From NCBI RefSeq assembly GCF_001457595.1, contig NZ_LN831039.1:3720001-3752000 (forward strand): a DNA stretch of 32,000 nucleotides, in the 5' to 3' direction. The DNA comes from Mycolicibacterium smegmatis. Lineage in GTDB: Bacteria > Actinomycetota > Actinomycetes > Mycobacteriales > Mycobacteriaceae. The notes beneath the pieces were generated by a model. That model saw nothing but the letters and a program-made list of their open reading frames with translations. It was not told where the DNA came from and did no database searches. The first letter of the stretch is position 1. The number at the start of each line of letters is the position of its first letter. A program made the translations under genes and the position numbers. Below, one piece after another: positions 8,915 through 18,665 of the stretch.

Positions 8915-9957
8915 GACGGGTTTCCCATCGATACCAGGACTTTCACGTTCTCACCGTCGGCCGAGGCCGCGAATGCCTCGTCGGTGTGGTCGAATTCGTA
9001 TTCGGCGCTGATGATCTCGTCGACCGGCACCGCGCCCGATGCGAGCATGTCGATGGCGGCGGCGAAATCGTCGCGAACGTACATCAGGTTGCCGATGAGT
9101 GCGATCTCGCGGTCCTGGATCAACCCGAGCGGCACGGGTGTGGCGCCTTCGGCGACCCCGACGATCATCACCGCACCGCCCTTGTCCACCAGGTCGACCG
9201 CCTGGGCCACCGAGCTCTCGCGCGCCACGCAGTCGATCACCACCGCGGCCGGACCGCCGAGCAGATCGAGCGCGGTCGCGACCGCGTCGGGGGCTGCGGG
9301 ATCGAAAGTGCCGACGGCGCCGAGCCGTTCGGCGCGTACCCGTTTGGACTCCAGCAGATCGGCCACCACGACCCGCGCGCCCGCGTGGCGGGCGGCCAGC
9401 AGCGCGAACAGGCCGATGGGTCCGGCGCCGATCACGACGACCGGGCGGTCCGTGAGATCACCGACGACCTGCTCGGCGCGGCGCACGGTGTGCACCGGGG
9501 TGGCCAGCGGTTCGATGAGGATCGCGTGGCGGTCGTCGAGGGCGTCGTCGAGTCGTACGAGCCGGTCGGCGCCGATGACGAACGAGTCAGCGAGCGCGCC
9601 CGGGGTCTGGCAGCCGAACACCCGCAGTTCGCGGCAGATGTTGTAGCGCCCGTCGCGGCACTGTGCGCACGCACCGCACGCCAGGTTGGGTTCGACGGCC
9701 ACGCGTGCGCCCAGCCAGGAGTCGTCGACTCCCGCACCGAGCATCTCCACCACGCCGACGGCCTCGTGTCCGGGCCGGTACGGCAGGTCGATGAACGGGT
9801 GGTGTCCGCACGCGGCGTGCAGATCGGATCCGCAGATGCCAACCAGCACGGTGCGCACCCGCACCTCGCCGGGGCCCGGCTCCGGTTGCGGCACGGTCTC
9901 GATCGCGATGTCGTCGAGCGCGCTGACGACGACCCTTCTGATCTCGGTTCCTACCAT
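8911..9957 (-). CDS. Zn-dependent medium-chain dehydrogenase (polyol/threonine dehydrogenase-like)
   Basis: 348 aa. Contains GICGSDLH, PGHE, the structural-zinc motif CGACAQCRDGRYNIC, and the Rossmann motif VIGAGPIG. Confidence 0.88.
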   Translation of the reverse strand: MVGTEIRRVVVSALDDIAIETVPQPEPGPGEVRVRTVLVGICGSDLHAACGHHPFIDLPYRPGHEAVGVVEMLGAGVDDSWLGARVAVEPNLACGACAQCRDGRYNICRELRVFGCQTPGALADSFVIGADRLVRLDDALDDRHAILIEPLATPVHTVRRAEQVVGDLTDRPVVVIGAGPIGLFALLAARHAGARVVVADLLESKRVRAERLGAVGTFDPAAPDAVATALDLLGGPAAVVIDCVARESSVAQAVDLVDKGGAVMIVGVAEGATPVPLGLIQDREIALIGNLMYVRDDFAAAIDMLASGAVPVDEIISAEYEFDHTDEAFAASADGENVKVLVSMGNPS

Positions 9958-10718
9958 GCGGTGTATCCGCCGTCCGCGACGAGCACCGAGCCGGTGATGA
10001 AGGAGGCCGCGTCGCTGGCCAGGAACACCACGCTGGGCGCGATCTCCTCGGGCACCGCGTAGCGCAGCTGCGGGGTGTCGTCGATCCAGTACCGCTTGAA
10101 CTCCGGCCGGTCAACCGGGGCCATGTCGGTCTTCACGTATCCGGGAGCCAGCGCGTTGACCCGGATTCCCAACGGGGCCCACTCGGCGGCAAGGGATTTC
10201 GTGAGGTGGTGCACCGCGGCCTTGGAGGCGTTGTACGCGGGCTGCATCTGGGGGCGGTTGACGATGATGCCCGACATCGAGCCGATGTTGACCACCGAGC
10301 CGCTGCCGCGCTCACGCATGTGCGCACCGACGGCGAGCGAACACGCCCACAGCGCCTTGACGTTGAGGTCGAACACGTCGTCCCACTGCTCTTCGGTGAC
10401 CGTCCAGGACTCACCGTGGTGGCACGTGCCCGCGTTGTTGACCAGGATGTCGATGTGACTGAGCGCGTCGATGGCCTCGGCCGTCATGCGCTCGACGTCC
10501 TCGGCCCTGGTGATGTCGGCCGTGATCGCGTGCAGTTGGTGTCCGGCCGCGGCGGCCTCGGCCGCGGTCTTCTCGTTGCGTTCGGCGTTGCGGCCCGAGA
10601 AGGCCACACGGGCACCGGCCTGTGCGAGTGCGATCGCGAAAGCCTTGCCCAGGCCCTGGTTTCCGCCGGTCACCAGCGCAGTGCGCCCGCTCAGATCGAA
10701 TGCCGAACGCACATCCAT
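9951..10718 (-). CDS. Classical short-chain dehydrogenase/reductase (polyol or ketose reductase-like)
   Basis: The track ORF extends to 10892, but its first 58 codons are Arg/Pro-rich junk that overlaps the upstream gene. ATG 10716-10718 (MDVRSAFDLSGRTALVTGGNQGLG) is preceded by AAGGGGAG. Contains the NNAG and YNASK motifs. Confidence 0.85.
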   Translation of the reverse strand: MDVRSAFDLSGRTALVTGGNQGLGKAFAIALAQAGARVAFSGRNAERNEKTAAEAAAAGHQLHAITADITRAEDVERMTAEAIDALSHIDILVNNAGTCHHGESWTVTEEQWDDVFDLNVKALWACSLAVGAHMRERGSGSVVNIGSMSGIIVNRPQMQPAYNASKAAVHHLTKSLAAEWAPLGIRVNALAPGYVKTDMAPVDRPEFKRYWIDDTPQLRYAVPEEIAPSVVFLASDAASFITGSVLVADGGYTAW

Positions 10719-10744
10719 AGCGGTGCTCCCCTTCGCTTCGGCCG

Positions 10745-11785
10745 TCACTCGGGCACCACGATCGACTTGAGGCTCGCGGGGTCGCTGTCGCTGTCGAGGG
10801 CCTCGGCGACATGGTCGAGGTCGTAGCGACCGGTCACCAGCGCGTCGAGATCGACAGCACCAGAACTCACGAGATGGATTGCCGCAGGCCACGTGTCGGT
10901 GTACCGGAACACGCCGGTCACGTTGATCTCCATGTTCTGGATGTAGCCGACGGGCAGCGTCACGTCGTCGGCGCCCATGCCGACCAGCACGACGTTGCCC
11001 GCGGGGCCGACGGCCTTGATGCCGGACACCACGGCAGGCGCGGCGCCGCTGGCATCGACGAACGCGTCGACCTTGGGGTCGAGTGCGGCGACGTCATCGA
11101 CCGCGGGATCGAGCACCTCGGTGGCCCCGAACCGCAGGACCCGCTCGCGGCGTTCGGCCACCAGATCGGTCACCACGATGCGCGCGGCACCGAACGCGCG
11201 CGCGGTCTGCGCGCAGATCACGCCGATGGGCCCGGCGCCTGCGATGAGGATCGACGAACCTGGTACGACGCCGGCCTTGCGCATGGTCGCGATGGCCACC
11301 GACAGCGGTTCGAGCAGCGCCGCGGCGTCGTCGGAGATGGAGTCCGGCACGGCATGGGCCATGTCGTCGTCGATGGTGACGTAGCGGCAGAACGCCCCGT
11401 CGATCGGCGGGGTGGCATAGAACTTGATCTCGGGGCACAGGTTGTAGCGGCCGGCCTTGCACTGCTCGCAGCGCCGGCACGGGTGCTGCGGTTCGACCGC
11501 GACGCGCTGTCCGACCCGTGCGGGGTCGACGCCCTCACCGACCGCCGCGATCCGTCCCGACAACTCGTGGCCCAGGATCATCGGCTCGTTGACCACGAAG
11601 TCGCCGATACGACCGTGCCGGTAGTAGTGCACGTCGGAACCGCACACCCCGACGGCCGCGACCTCGACGAGCACCTCGTGCGGGCCCGGGGTCGGCACCG
11701 GCCGGTCCTCCACCACCACCGTGCCCACCGAGGTAAGCACGCTGGCGCGCATGGTGCCGCGGGCATCGGCTGCGACGGCGTTCAT
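10745..11785 (-). CDS. Sorbitol/xylitol (L-iditol 2-) dehydrogenase-like Zn-dependent MDR enzyme
   Basis: Contains GVCGSDVHYY, GHELSG, CRRCEQCKAGRYNLC and FYATPPIDGAF (the polyol dehydrogenase signature region). The start was chosen at ATG 11783-11785 (MNAVAAD...), preceded by AAAGGA. ATG 11752 or the track start 11854 remain possible. Confidence 0.85.
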   Translation of the reverse strand: MNAVAADARGTMRASVLTSVGTVVVEDRPVPTPGPHEVLVEVAAVGVCGSDVHYYRHGRIGDFVVNEPMILGHELSGRIAAVGEGVDPARVGQRVAVEPQHPCRRCEQCKAGRYNLCPEIKFYATPPIDGAFCRYVTIDDDMAHAVPDSISDDAAALLEPLSVAIATMRKAGVVPGSSILIAGAGPIGVICAQTARAFGAARIVVTDLVAERRERVLRFGATEVLDPAVDDVAALDPKVDAFVDASGAAPAVVSGIKAVGPAGNVVLVGMGADDVTLPVGYIQNMEINVTGVFRYTDTWPAAIHLVSSGAVDLDALVTGRYDLDHVAEALDSDSDPASLKSIVVPE

Positions 11786-11926
11786 CTCGTTTCCTTTCCG
11801 GGGCGCGACCGGCGGTCTGCAGGCATGCATGGCCGTCGCGTCCGAGTTGCTCATCTGTTAGCGCGAAATCTCATTTGATGCTTGTGATGTGGATCATGCA
11901 ATGCTCTATGCTCATGTGTCAACGCG

Positions 11927-11944
11927 TCTGCACATATGTGCAGA
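11927..11944. promoter_or_regulatory. 18-bp perfect palindrome TCTGCACATATGTGCAGA in the divergent promoter region; candidate SorC-regulator operator
   Basis: Read directly from the sequence; it equals its own reverse complement. It lies in a locally AT-richer ~200-bp gap between the leftward dehydrogenase/ABC operon and the rightward SorC gene. Confidence 0.5.
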
Positions 11945-11983
11945 ACGTCGGTGCAGAGCGGCCGGACAGAAGGGAGATGCGGC

Positions 11984-12964
11984 ATGGGACCCGATGAGCT
12001 GTTCCAACGCGCGGTGATCGCGCGCCGCTACTACCTCGAAGGACGAACCCGCGTCCAGATCGCCGAGGAATTCGGCATCTCCCGGTTCAAGGTCGCCCGC
12101 ATGCTCGACGAAGCACTCGGCTCCGGCATGGTCGAGATCAAGATCCACAACCCGGGATCCATCGACGTCGAGCTGTCCACCGCGCTGCAGCGGCGCTACG
12201 GGCTACAGCACGCGTACGCCGTGATGACCAGCCCCGACAGCGATCCGCGCGGCACCGACACCGTCGGCGCCGACGACCGCGTCGCCTCGGTCGCCAAGGC
12301 CATGGCCGAGCTGCTGCAGTCGATCCTGCGCGACGGCGACGTGATCGGCGTGGACTGCGGCCGCACCCTGGCGCACATCGCCGACCACATCACCGAACTC
12401 CCGCACTGCGACGTCGTCCAGCTCACCGGTATGGCAGGCGCGATCACGCACAACGGCGTCGACCTGGTGCGCCGGATCAGCGAGGTCAGCGGCGGGCAGA
12501 CCTGGCCGCTGTATGCCCCGCTGGTGGTGTCGGACGCCCGCACGGCCGCGAGCCTGGCGAGCAGCCAGCAGATCCAGGACACCATCGCGCAGCACGCGAA
12601 GGTCACGTGCGCGATCGTCTCGGTCGGCGCCTGGGTCGAGGGCGCCTCGCAGGTGTACAGCTCGCTGACCACCACCGAGGTGGAGGCCCTGGAGGCCGCG
12701 GGCGTGTGCGCCGAATCGTGCGCGCTGCTGCTCGACGCCGAAGGCAACCGCCTGCCCGGGCTCGACGACCGCCGGATGGGCATCGACGAGGCCACACTGC
12801 GGGAGATCCCGACCGTCATCGCGATCGCCACCGGCCCGGAGAAGATCGCGGCGACACGCGCGGTGCTGCGCTCGGGAATGGTCTCATCACTGGTCACCGA
12901 CGTCGAGATCGCCGCCGCGGTGCTCGACGACAACGCAAACGAGGAAGGCGCAAAGCGAACATGA
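11984..12964 (+). CDS. SorC/DeoR-type sugar-binding transcriptional regulator
   Basis: RRYYLEGRTRVQIAEEFGISRFKVARMLDEA is the characteristic SorC-family N-terminal HTH, followed by a sugar-phosphate-binding-like domain. ATG 11984 is preceded by AGGGAG (11971-11976). The track start 11936 lies inside the palindrome. Stop TGA 12962-12964 overlaps the ATG at 12961 of the next gene. Confidence 0.85.
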   Translation: MGPDELFQRAVIARRYYLEGRTRVQIAEEFGISRFKVARMLDEALGSGMVEIKIHNPGSIDVELSTALQRRYGLQHAYAVMTSPDSDPRGTDTVGADDRVASVAKAMAELLQSILRDGDVIGVDCGRTLAHIADHITELPHCDVVQLTGMAGAITHNGVDLVRRISEVSGGQTWPLYAPLVVSDARTAASLASSQQIQDTIAQHAKVTCAIVSVGAWVEGASQVYSSLTTTEVEALEAAGVCAESCALLLDAEGNRLPGLDDRRMGIDEATLREIPTVIAIATGPEKIAATRAVLRSGMVSSLVTDVEIAAAVLDDNANEEGAKRT

Positions 12965-13743
12965 CTCAGGCACAAGAGCTCTCGGTCGACTTCGACTTCA
13001 GGCTCGACGGCAAGGTGGCGCTGGTGACCGGCGCCGCGTCCGGGATCGGCGCCGCGATCGCCTCGGCGTATGCCACCAAGGGCGCCCGCATCGCCGCGGT
13101 CGATCTCAACGCCGAGGGTGCCGAGGCGCTCGCCGCCCAACTGGGTGGCGACCGCGGTGCGCATCGTGGCTTCGCGTGCGACGTCGCCGACGCGGCATCG
13201 GTGCAGGCCGCCGCCGACGCCGTCGCCGCGGAGTTCGGCCGCATCGACATCCTGGTGAACAGTGCCGGTGTCGCCCGTCTGGCGCCGGCCGAGGAACTGT
13301 CCCTTCAGGATTGGGACAGCACGCTCGCGATCAACCTCAGCGGCACGTTCCTGATGTGCCAGGCCGTGGGCAAACGGATGCTCGAGGCCGGCGGCGGCGC
13401 CATCGTCAACATGGCGTCACAGGCCGCGACGGTCGCCCTGGATCAGCACGTGGCGTACTGCGCGTCGAAGTTCGGCGTGGTCGGCGTGTCGAAAGTGCTT
13501 GCCGCCGAATGGGGTGGGCGCGGCGTGCGGGTCAACACCATCTCGCCCACCGTGGTCCTGACCGAACTTGGCCACAAGGCGTGGGACGGCCCGCGCGGGG
13601 ATGCCCTCAAGAAGCTCATCCCCACGGGCCGGTTCGCCTACCCGGACGAGATCGCCGCGGCCGCAGTGTTCCTCGCGTCCGACGCCGCCGCGATGATCAA
13701 CGGCGCCGACCTGGTCATCGACGGCGGCTACACCATCAAGTAG
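12961..13743 (+). CDS. Classical SDR oxidoreductase (polyol dehydrogenase-like), translationally coupled to the SorC gene
   Basis: Begins MTQAQELSVDFDFRLDGKVALVTGAASGIG. Contains NSAG and YCASK. ATGA overlap with the upstream gene. The track ORF from 12607 is an out-of-context 5' extension. Confidence 0.88.
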   Translation: MTQAQELSVDFDFRLDGKVALVTGAASGIGAAIASAYATKGARIAAVDLNAEGAEALAAQLGGDRGAHRGFACDVADAASVQAAADAVAAEFGRIDILVNSAGVARLAPAEELSLQDWDSTLAINLSGTFLMCQAVGKRMLEAGGGAIVNMASQAATVALDQHVAYCASKFGVVGVSKVLAAEWGGRGVRVNTISPTVVLTELGHKAWDGPRGDALKKLIPTGRFAYPDEIAAAAVFLASDAAAMINGADLVIDGGYTIK

Positions 13744-13759
13744 CCCGGCACCCGCGCCG

Positions 13760-15232
13760 TCACAACAGGGTCGCGGTGCCGTCGGCGTGCACCTCGACGC
13801 GTGCCCCGGCGATGTCCTCACGCACGGTGGCCGCGGCCTGCGACTCGTCGGTGATCACCGCGAGCGTGCGCGCGCCATCGGGCGTGCGCACCGCCAGGAA
13901 CGCCTTCTCCGGCGCACCGTCCCGGTTGAACGGCGTGGTCCAGGATTCGACCGTCCCGGTGCCCACCCATTCCACGGCCAGCTTGCGGGTGGGCTCGGCA
14001 TCCACCACGGATTGCACGTCCTCCCAACGGAATTCCTGTTCAGGCGGTTCGGTGCCGTACACCCCGAAGCTGTGCTTGGTGAGGTATCCGCCGTTGGCGG
14101 TGATCAATCCGCGCGTGCCGGGCTCGGCGACGAGCTTCTCGGCCATGGTCGCGATCGAGTGCGTGACGTAGTTGTTCCATGGTCCGCCCGCGAAGGTCAG
14201 GCCTCCGGTCACCGTGAGCGGCCGTGCGGGATCGTCGGTCGGCAACCCGAGTTCGGCGGCCGCGACCTGGACCGCCGAGGGAAAGCACGAGTACACGTCG
14301 ACGAAGTCGATCGCGTCGATATCGGCGCCCGCCAGTTCGAGCACCCGGCGTCCGGCGATGCGGATCGCCGGGGACCGGTGCAACTCGTCGCGTTCCCCGA
14401 TCGCGTAGGTGTCGTGTGAATCGGTTCCCGCGTACGGGAAAACCCAGCGGTCCATGGGGATCTGAAGGTAGGTCGCCATCTGGACCGTGGTGAGGATCAG
14501 CACCGCACCCTGGTCGACCATGTTGTTGGAGTTCATGAGCTTCGGGTACGGCCAGCTGATCATCCGGTTGTCCGGCCCCACCTGCGTGATCTGCTGCGCG
14601 GTCACTGCGTCACGATTCCAGGCGTGCGGGTTCCTGGCGGCCACGGCGCTGAACCGCGACCACAGCGCACCGATCCGGTCGCGGTGCTCATCGGGTGTCT
14701 CCCCCGCCGCGATCCGCAGCGCCTGCTCGAACATCGGATACACGAACGCCGGGCGGTCCAGCTTGATCCGGTTCTCGGCGTCACCGGCCATGGGGACGTT
14801 GTCGTCGCCACCCGGGGCCACGGGCACGGTGTCGTCCTGACGTGTCCAGTCCGGGCGCACCCCGCGCGCCCGCAGACGACTGCGGGTCCGCCACGTCTCG
14901 GCACCCGCGATCAGCACCACCTCGGCACGTCCGGCCTGCAGATCCAGGCACGCGTGATTGACCAGGGTCTGCGGCACGTTGCCACCGATACCCGTGTACC
15001 GCGTCCGCGCCCCGGCGGCGCCGATGCGACCTGCGAGCAGCAGGCCCGGGTCCCGGTACCGCCACGACAACAGGTTGACCACGCGCACCGAGTCCACGGC
15101 CTGCAGCACACGGGGATCCACGGCGTTCCTGGCGGCCTCGGCCATCAGGTCCACCGGTTCGGTGGCAGGGTTCTCGTCGTATTGACTGACCTGGCCGTAC
15201 CCGACCAACACGGGCGTTCGATTCACGGACAC
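13760..15232 (-). CDS. Thiolase-like protein with extra C-terminal beta-rich domain (TLP1/SCP2-thiolase-like, probably non-catalytic)
   Basis: 490 aa. Thiolase-fold hallmarks are present (VVLIAGAE, VYSCFPSAVQVAAAELGL, TGGLTFAGGP). The expected nucleophile position reads GIGGNVPQ rather than CxSG. The last ~90 aa are beta-rich. GTG start. Confidence 0.8.
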   Translation of the reverse strand: MSVNRTPVLVGYGQVSQYDENPATEPVDLMAEAARNAVDPRVLQAVDSVRVVNLLSWRYRDPGLLLAGRIGAAGARTRYTGIGGNVPQTLVNHACLDLQAGRAEVVLIAGAETWRTRSRLRARGVRPDWTRQDDTVPVAPGGDDNVPMAGDAENRIKLDRPAFVYPMFEQALRIAAGETPDEHRDRIGALWSRFSAVAARNPHAWNRDAVTAQQITQVGPDNRMISWPYPKLMNSNNMVDQGAVLILTTVQMATYLQIPMDRWVFPYAGTDSHDTYAIGERDELHRSPAIRIAGRRVLELAGADIDAIDFVDVYSCFPSAVQVAAAELGLPTDDPARPLTVTGGLTFAGGPWNNYVTHSIATMAEKLVAEPGTRGLITANGGYLTKHSFGVYGTEPPEQEFRWEDVQSVVDAEPTRKLAVEWVGTGTVESWTTPFNRDGAPEKAFLAVRTPDGARTLAVITDESQAAATVREDIAGARVEVHADGTATLL

Positions 15233-15282
15233 AGGACGTATTCAACAACTCGGCGTGCGGGTGAGGTCAGCCGCCCGCTGAT

Positions 15283-16164
15283 TCAGGCCACGAGTTTCTC
15301 GACCCAGCCCAGCACCGCGTCCACGTCGGTCTCGACGTACATCAGGTCGACGAACGCGTCGGGGTAGCCGCCCTCGGCGAGGATTTTCACCGCGTCGGCG
15401 ACCTGGCTCACGCTGCTGCCCGGCGCGACGTTGATCCGCACGTGGGTCGCGATGTTCGCCGGATCGCGGCCTGCGGCCTCGGCGGCCGCGTCGATCACCC
15501 GACGCTGCGCCCGCAACGCGTCGATGCTCACCGCGCCCGGCACGAACACCGCGGGCAGCCACCCGTCTCCGCGACGGCCGATGCGGCGCAGGCCCGCGGG
15601 TGTGAACGCGCCCAGACAAATCGGCAGCCGTGGCCGTTGCACGGGTTTGAGCCCGACCCACGACTCCGGTACCGACCACCGCTTGCCTTCGTGTCTCACG
15701 GGATCGTCGGTCCACAGCGCCTCGAGCGCGTCGAGGATCTCGTCGAGTTGCGCGCCCCTACCGTCGAACGGGGCACCCGCGGCCTGGTACTCCTCGGGCG
15801 ACCAGCCGATGCCGAAACCCGGGGTCAGGCGGCCACCGCTGACGGCGTCGATGCTCGCGAGCTGACGCGCCAGCTGCACGGGCGGGTACCACGGCGCGAC
15901 GAAGACACTGCTGCCCAGCCGTGCCGTCGACGTCGCGGCCGCGGCGACCGCGAGCGCGGTGAACGGGTCCAGGCAGGCCCGGAACTGCTCGGGGATGGTG
16001 TCACCGCCGGCATAACCCACCGTGGGGTCGACCGCTGCCAGCAACCGGTCCCCCACCCACAGACTCTGCGCTCCGAGCTGCTCGGCGGTGGACGCGAACC
16101 GCGCCAGCTCACCCCCGGCGGCAAAAGCGGCCGAACCGAACTGCGGTAACGCGAATCCCAGCAC
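15283..16164 (-). CDS. LLM-class (luciferase-like) flavin/F420-dependent oxidoreductase
   Basis: The luciferase-like pattern starts at [11 protein letters not shown] chose GTG 16162-16164 as the start. The track ORF reaches 16311, but that N-terminal extension is Trp/Arg-rich and overlaps the start of the divergent phosphoketolase gene. Confidence 0.75.
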   Translation of the reverse strand: MLGFALPQFGSAAFAAGGELARFASTAEQLGAQSLWVGDRLLAAVDPTVGYAGGDTIPEQFRACLDPFTALAVAAAATSTARLGSSVFVAPWYPPVQLARQLASIDAVSGGRLTPGFGIGWSPEEYQAAGAPFDGRGAQLDEILDALEALWTDDPVRHEGKRWSVPESWVGLKPVQRPRLPICLGAFTPAGLRRIGRRGDGWLPAVFVPGAVSIDALRAQRRVIDAAAEAAGRDPANIATHVRINVAPGSSVSQVADAVKILAEGGYPDAFVDLMYVETDVDAVLGWVEKLVA

Positions 16165-16292
16165 GTGGCAAGGGTAACCGGCGCATCGACCGATCGCGGG
16201 TTCGATCGCCGCACCGGGGGTATCCGAAAACAGGTACCGCGAGAACACGCGGTTGCCCCACACCATCGACCGCCAACCCTCACGATGGAGCC

Positions 16293-18665
16293 ATGAGCGA
16301 CGCGACCACATCCCCGGCGCTGACCGATTCGGAACTCGAACTGCTCGACGCGTACTGGCGCGCGGCCAACTACCTGTCCGTCGGCCAGATCTATCTGCTC
16401 GACAACCCCCTGCTCGCCGAACCGCTCGCGGCCGAACACGTCAAACCGCGTCTGCTCGGCCACTGGGGAACGACACCCGGCCTGAACCTGATCTACGCAC
16501 ATCTCAACCGGATCATCCGTGAGCGCGACGCCAACGTCATCTACATCACCGGCCCTGGCCACGGCGGTCCCGGTCTGGTGGCCAACGCATATCTGGAGGG
16601 CACCTACAGCGAGGTCTACACGGGAATCGGGCAGGATGTCGACGGGATGCGGAAACTGTTCCGGCAGTTCAGCTTTCCGGGCGGCATCCCCAGCCACGTG
16701 GCAGCCGAGACGCCCGGCTCGATCCACGAGGGCGGCGAACTGGGTTATGCACTGGTGCACGCGTACGGTGCGGCGTTCGACAACCCCGACCTCGTGGTGG
16801 CCTGCGTCGTGGGCGACGGCGAGGCCGAAACCGGTCCGCTCGCGGCGAGCTGGCACTCCAACAAGTTCCTCAATCCCGTCACCGACGGCGCGGTGCTGCC
16901 GATCCTGCACCTCAACGGCTACAAGATAGCCAATCCCACTGTGCTGTCCCGGATTCCGCAAGAGGAGCTCGAATCCCTGTTCCTCGGCTACGGATACCGG
17001 CCGATCACGGTCGCCGGTGACGACCCGGCGAACGTGCACCAGCAGCTGGCGATCGCGATGGACGAGGCGTTCGACCAGATCGCCGCGATCCAGCGCGCGG
17101 CGCGCCTCGACGACGAATCCGGGCGACCGCTGTGGCCGATGATCATCATGCGCACACCCAAGGGATGGACCGGTCCGGTTACGGTGGACGGGAACAAGGT
17201 GGAAGGCACCTGGCGCTCGCACCAGGTGCCGCTCTCGGAGACCCGCACCAATCCCGACCACATGGCCCAGCTCGAAGAGTGGCTGCGCAGTTACCGCCCG
17301 CACGAACTGTTCGACGGCACCGGGGCACTGCGACCGGAACTGCGCGCACTGGCGCCGGCAGGCGACCGCCGGATGAGCGCCAACCCGCACGCCAACGGCG
17401 GCCTGCTGCTGCGCGATCTGGACCTGCCCGATTTCACCGACTACGCGGTGCCCGTCGACAGGCCCGCGACCACCAGCGTCCAGGCCACCCAGGTGCTCGG
17501 CGAGTTCCTGCGCGACGTGATCGCCCGCAACCCGGACCGGTTCCGCGTCATGGGGCCCGACGAGACCGCGTCGAACCGGCTCTCGGCGGTGTTCGAGGCG
17601 ACCGACAAGACCTGGCTGGCCGAGACCGGGCCCGACGACGAACACCTCGCGCCCGACGGACGCGTCATGGAGGTGCTGTCCGAGCACCTGTGCCAGGGCT
17701 GGCTGGAGGGTTACCTGCTGACCGGCAGGCACGGCCTCTTCAGTTGCTACGAGGCGTTCGTGCACATCGTCGACTCGATGCTCAATCAGCATGTCAAGTG
17801 GTTGACCAGCAGCGCGGCACTCACGTGGCGCAGGCCCATCGCGTCGCTGAACTACCTGCTGACCTCACATGTGTGGCGCCAGGACCACAACGGCGCGTCA
17901 CACCAGGACCCCGGCTTCATCGACCACGTCGCCAACAAGCGACCCGAGGCGGTTCGGGTGTACCTGCCGCCCGACGCCAACACGCTGCTGTCGGTCGCCG
18001 ACCACTGCCTGCGCAGCCGCCACTACGTCAACGTCGTCGTCGCGGGCAAGCAGCCCGCGCTGAGTTACCTCACGATGGACGAGGCGATCGCGCACTGCAC
18101 GCGCGGGCTCGGCATCTGGGACTGGGCGAGCTCTGACACCTCGGGTGAACCGGATGTCGTGCTGGCCTGCGCGGGCGACATCCCGACGCTGGAGACGCTG
18201 GCCGCCGCCGACATCCTGCGCCGCAGGCTGCCCGATCTGAAGGTGCGTGTGGTCAACGTCGTCGACATCATGCGGCTGCAACCGGAATCAGAGCATCCGC
18301 ACGGCTTGTCCGAACGCGACTTCGACTCGGTCTTCACCACCGACCGGCCGATCATCTTCGCCTACCACGGCTATCCGTGGCTGATCCACCGCCTGACCTA
18401 CCGGCACGCCAACCACGCGCAACTGCACGTGCGTGGCTTCAAGGAGCGCGGCACCACCACGACACCCTTCGACATGGTGATGCTCAACGACCTGGACCGC
18501 TTCCATCTCGTCATGGACGTCATCGACCGCGTCGAGGGGCTCGGGACCCGGGCGGCCGCACTGCGTCAGGAGATGGCCGACGCGCGGCTGGCGGCGCGCC
18601 GGTACACCCGCGAGCACGGCGAGGACGATCCGGCCATCTCGGAGTGGACCTGGCAGGCCGATTGA
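16293..18665 (+). CDS. xfp: Xylulose-5-phosphate/fructose-6-phosphate phosphoketolase
   Basis: 790 aa. Contains [28 protein letters not shown] and the phosphoketolase signature EGGELGY, with a full-length TPP-enzyme layout. Confidence 0.95.
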   Translation: MSDATTSPALTDSELELLDAYWRAANYLSVGQIYLLDNPLLAEPLAAEHVKPRLLGHWGTTPGLNLIYAHLNRIIRERDANVIYITGPGHGGPGLVANAYLEGTYSEVYTGIGQDVDGMRKLFRQFSFPGGIPSHVAAETPGSIHEGGELGYALVHAYGAAFDNPDLVVACVVGDGEAETGPLAASWHSNKFLNPVTDGAVLPILHLNGYKIANPTVLSRIPQEELESLFLGYGYRPITVAGDDPANVHQQLAIAMDEAFDQIAAIQRAARLDDESGRPLWPMIIMRTPKGWTGPVTVDGNKVEGTWRSHQVPLSETRTNPDHMAQLEEWLRSYRPHELFDGTGALRPELRALAPAGDRRMSANPHANGGLLLRDLDLPDFTDYAVPVDRPATTSVQATQVLGEFLRDVIARNPDRFRVMGPDETASNRLSAVFEATDKTWLAETGPDDEHLAPDGRVMEVLSEHLCQGWLEGYLLTGRHGLFSCYEAFVHIVDSMLNQHVKWLTSSAALTWRRPIASLNYLLTSHVWRQDHNGASHQDPGFIDHVANKRPEAVRVYLPPDANTLLSVADHCLRSRHYVNVVVAGKQPALSYLTMDEAIAHCTRGLGIWDWASSDTSGEPDVVLACAGDIPTLETLAAADILRRRLPDLKVRVVNVVDIMRLQPESEHPHGLSERDFDSVFTTDRPIIFAYHGYPWLIHRLTYRHANHAQLHVRGFKERGTTTTPFDMVMLNDLDRFHLVMDVIDRVEGLGTRAAALRQEMADARLAARRYTREHGEDDPAISEWTWQAD

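Noticed and set aside
7448-9646. 732-aa plus-strand ORF spanning the ABC ATPase and dehydrogenase genes
   Set aside because: It is an antisense artefact. The minus-strand frames have unambiguous ABC (GENGAGKST, LSGGNQQK) and MDR zinc-dehydrogenase motifs. The plus frame is low-complexity Asp/Arg/Gly/His-rich.
16165-16311. 49-codon N-terminal extension of the LLM oxidoreductase ORF
   Set aside because: LLM proteins normally start just before the (V/M)xFGxxLP strand. The extension is Trp/Arg-rich and would overlap the divergent xfp start, leaving no promoter space.
15825-17792. 655-aa minus-strand ORF opposite the phosphoketolase gene
   Set aside because: It is an antisense artefact. The plus-strand product is a full-length phosphoketolase with its signature motifs.
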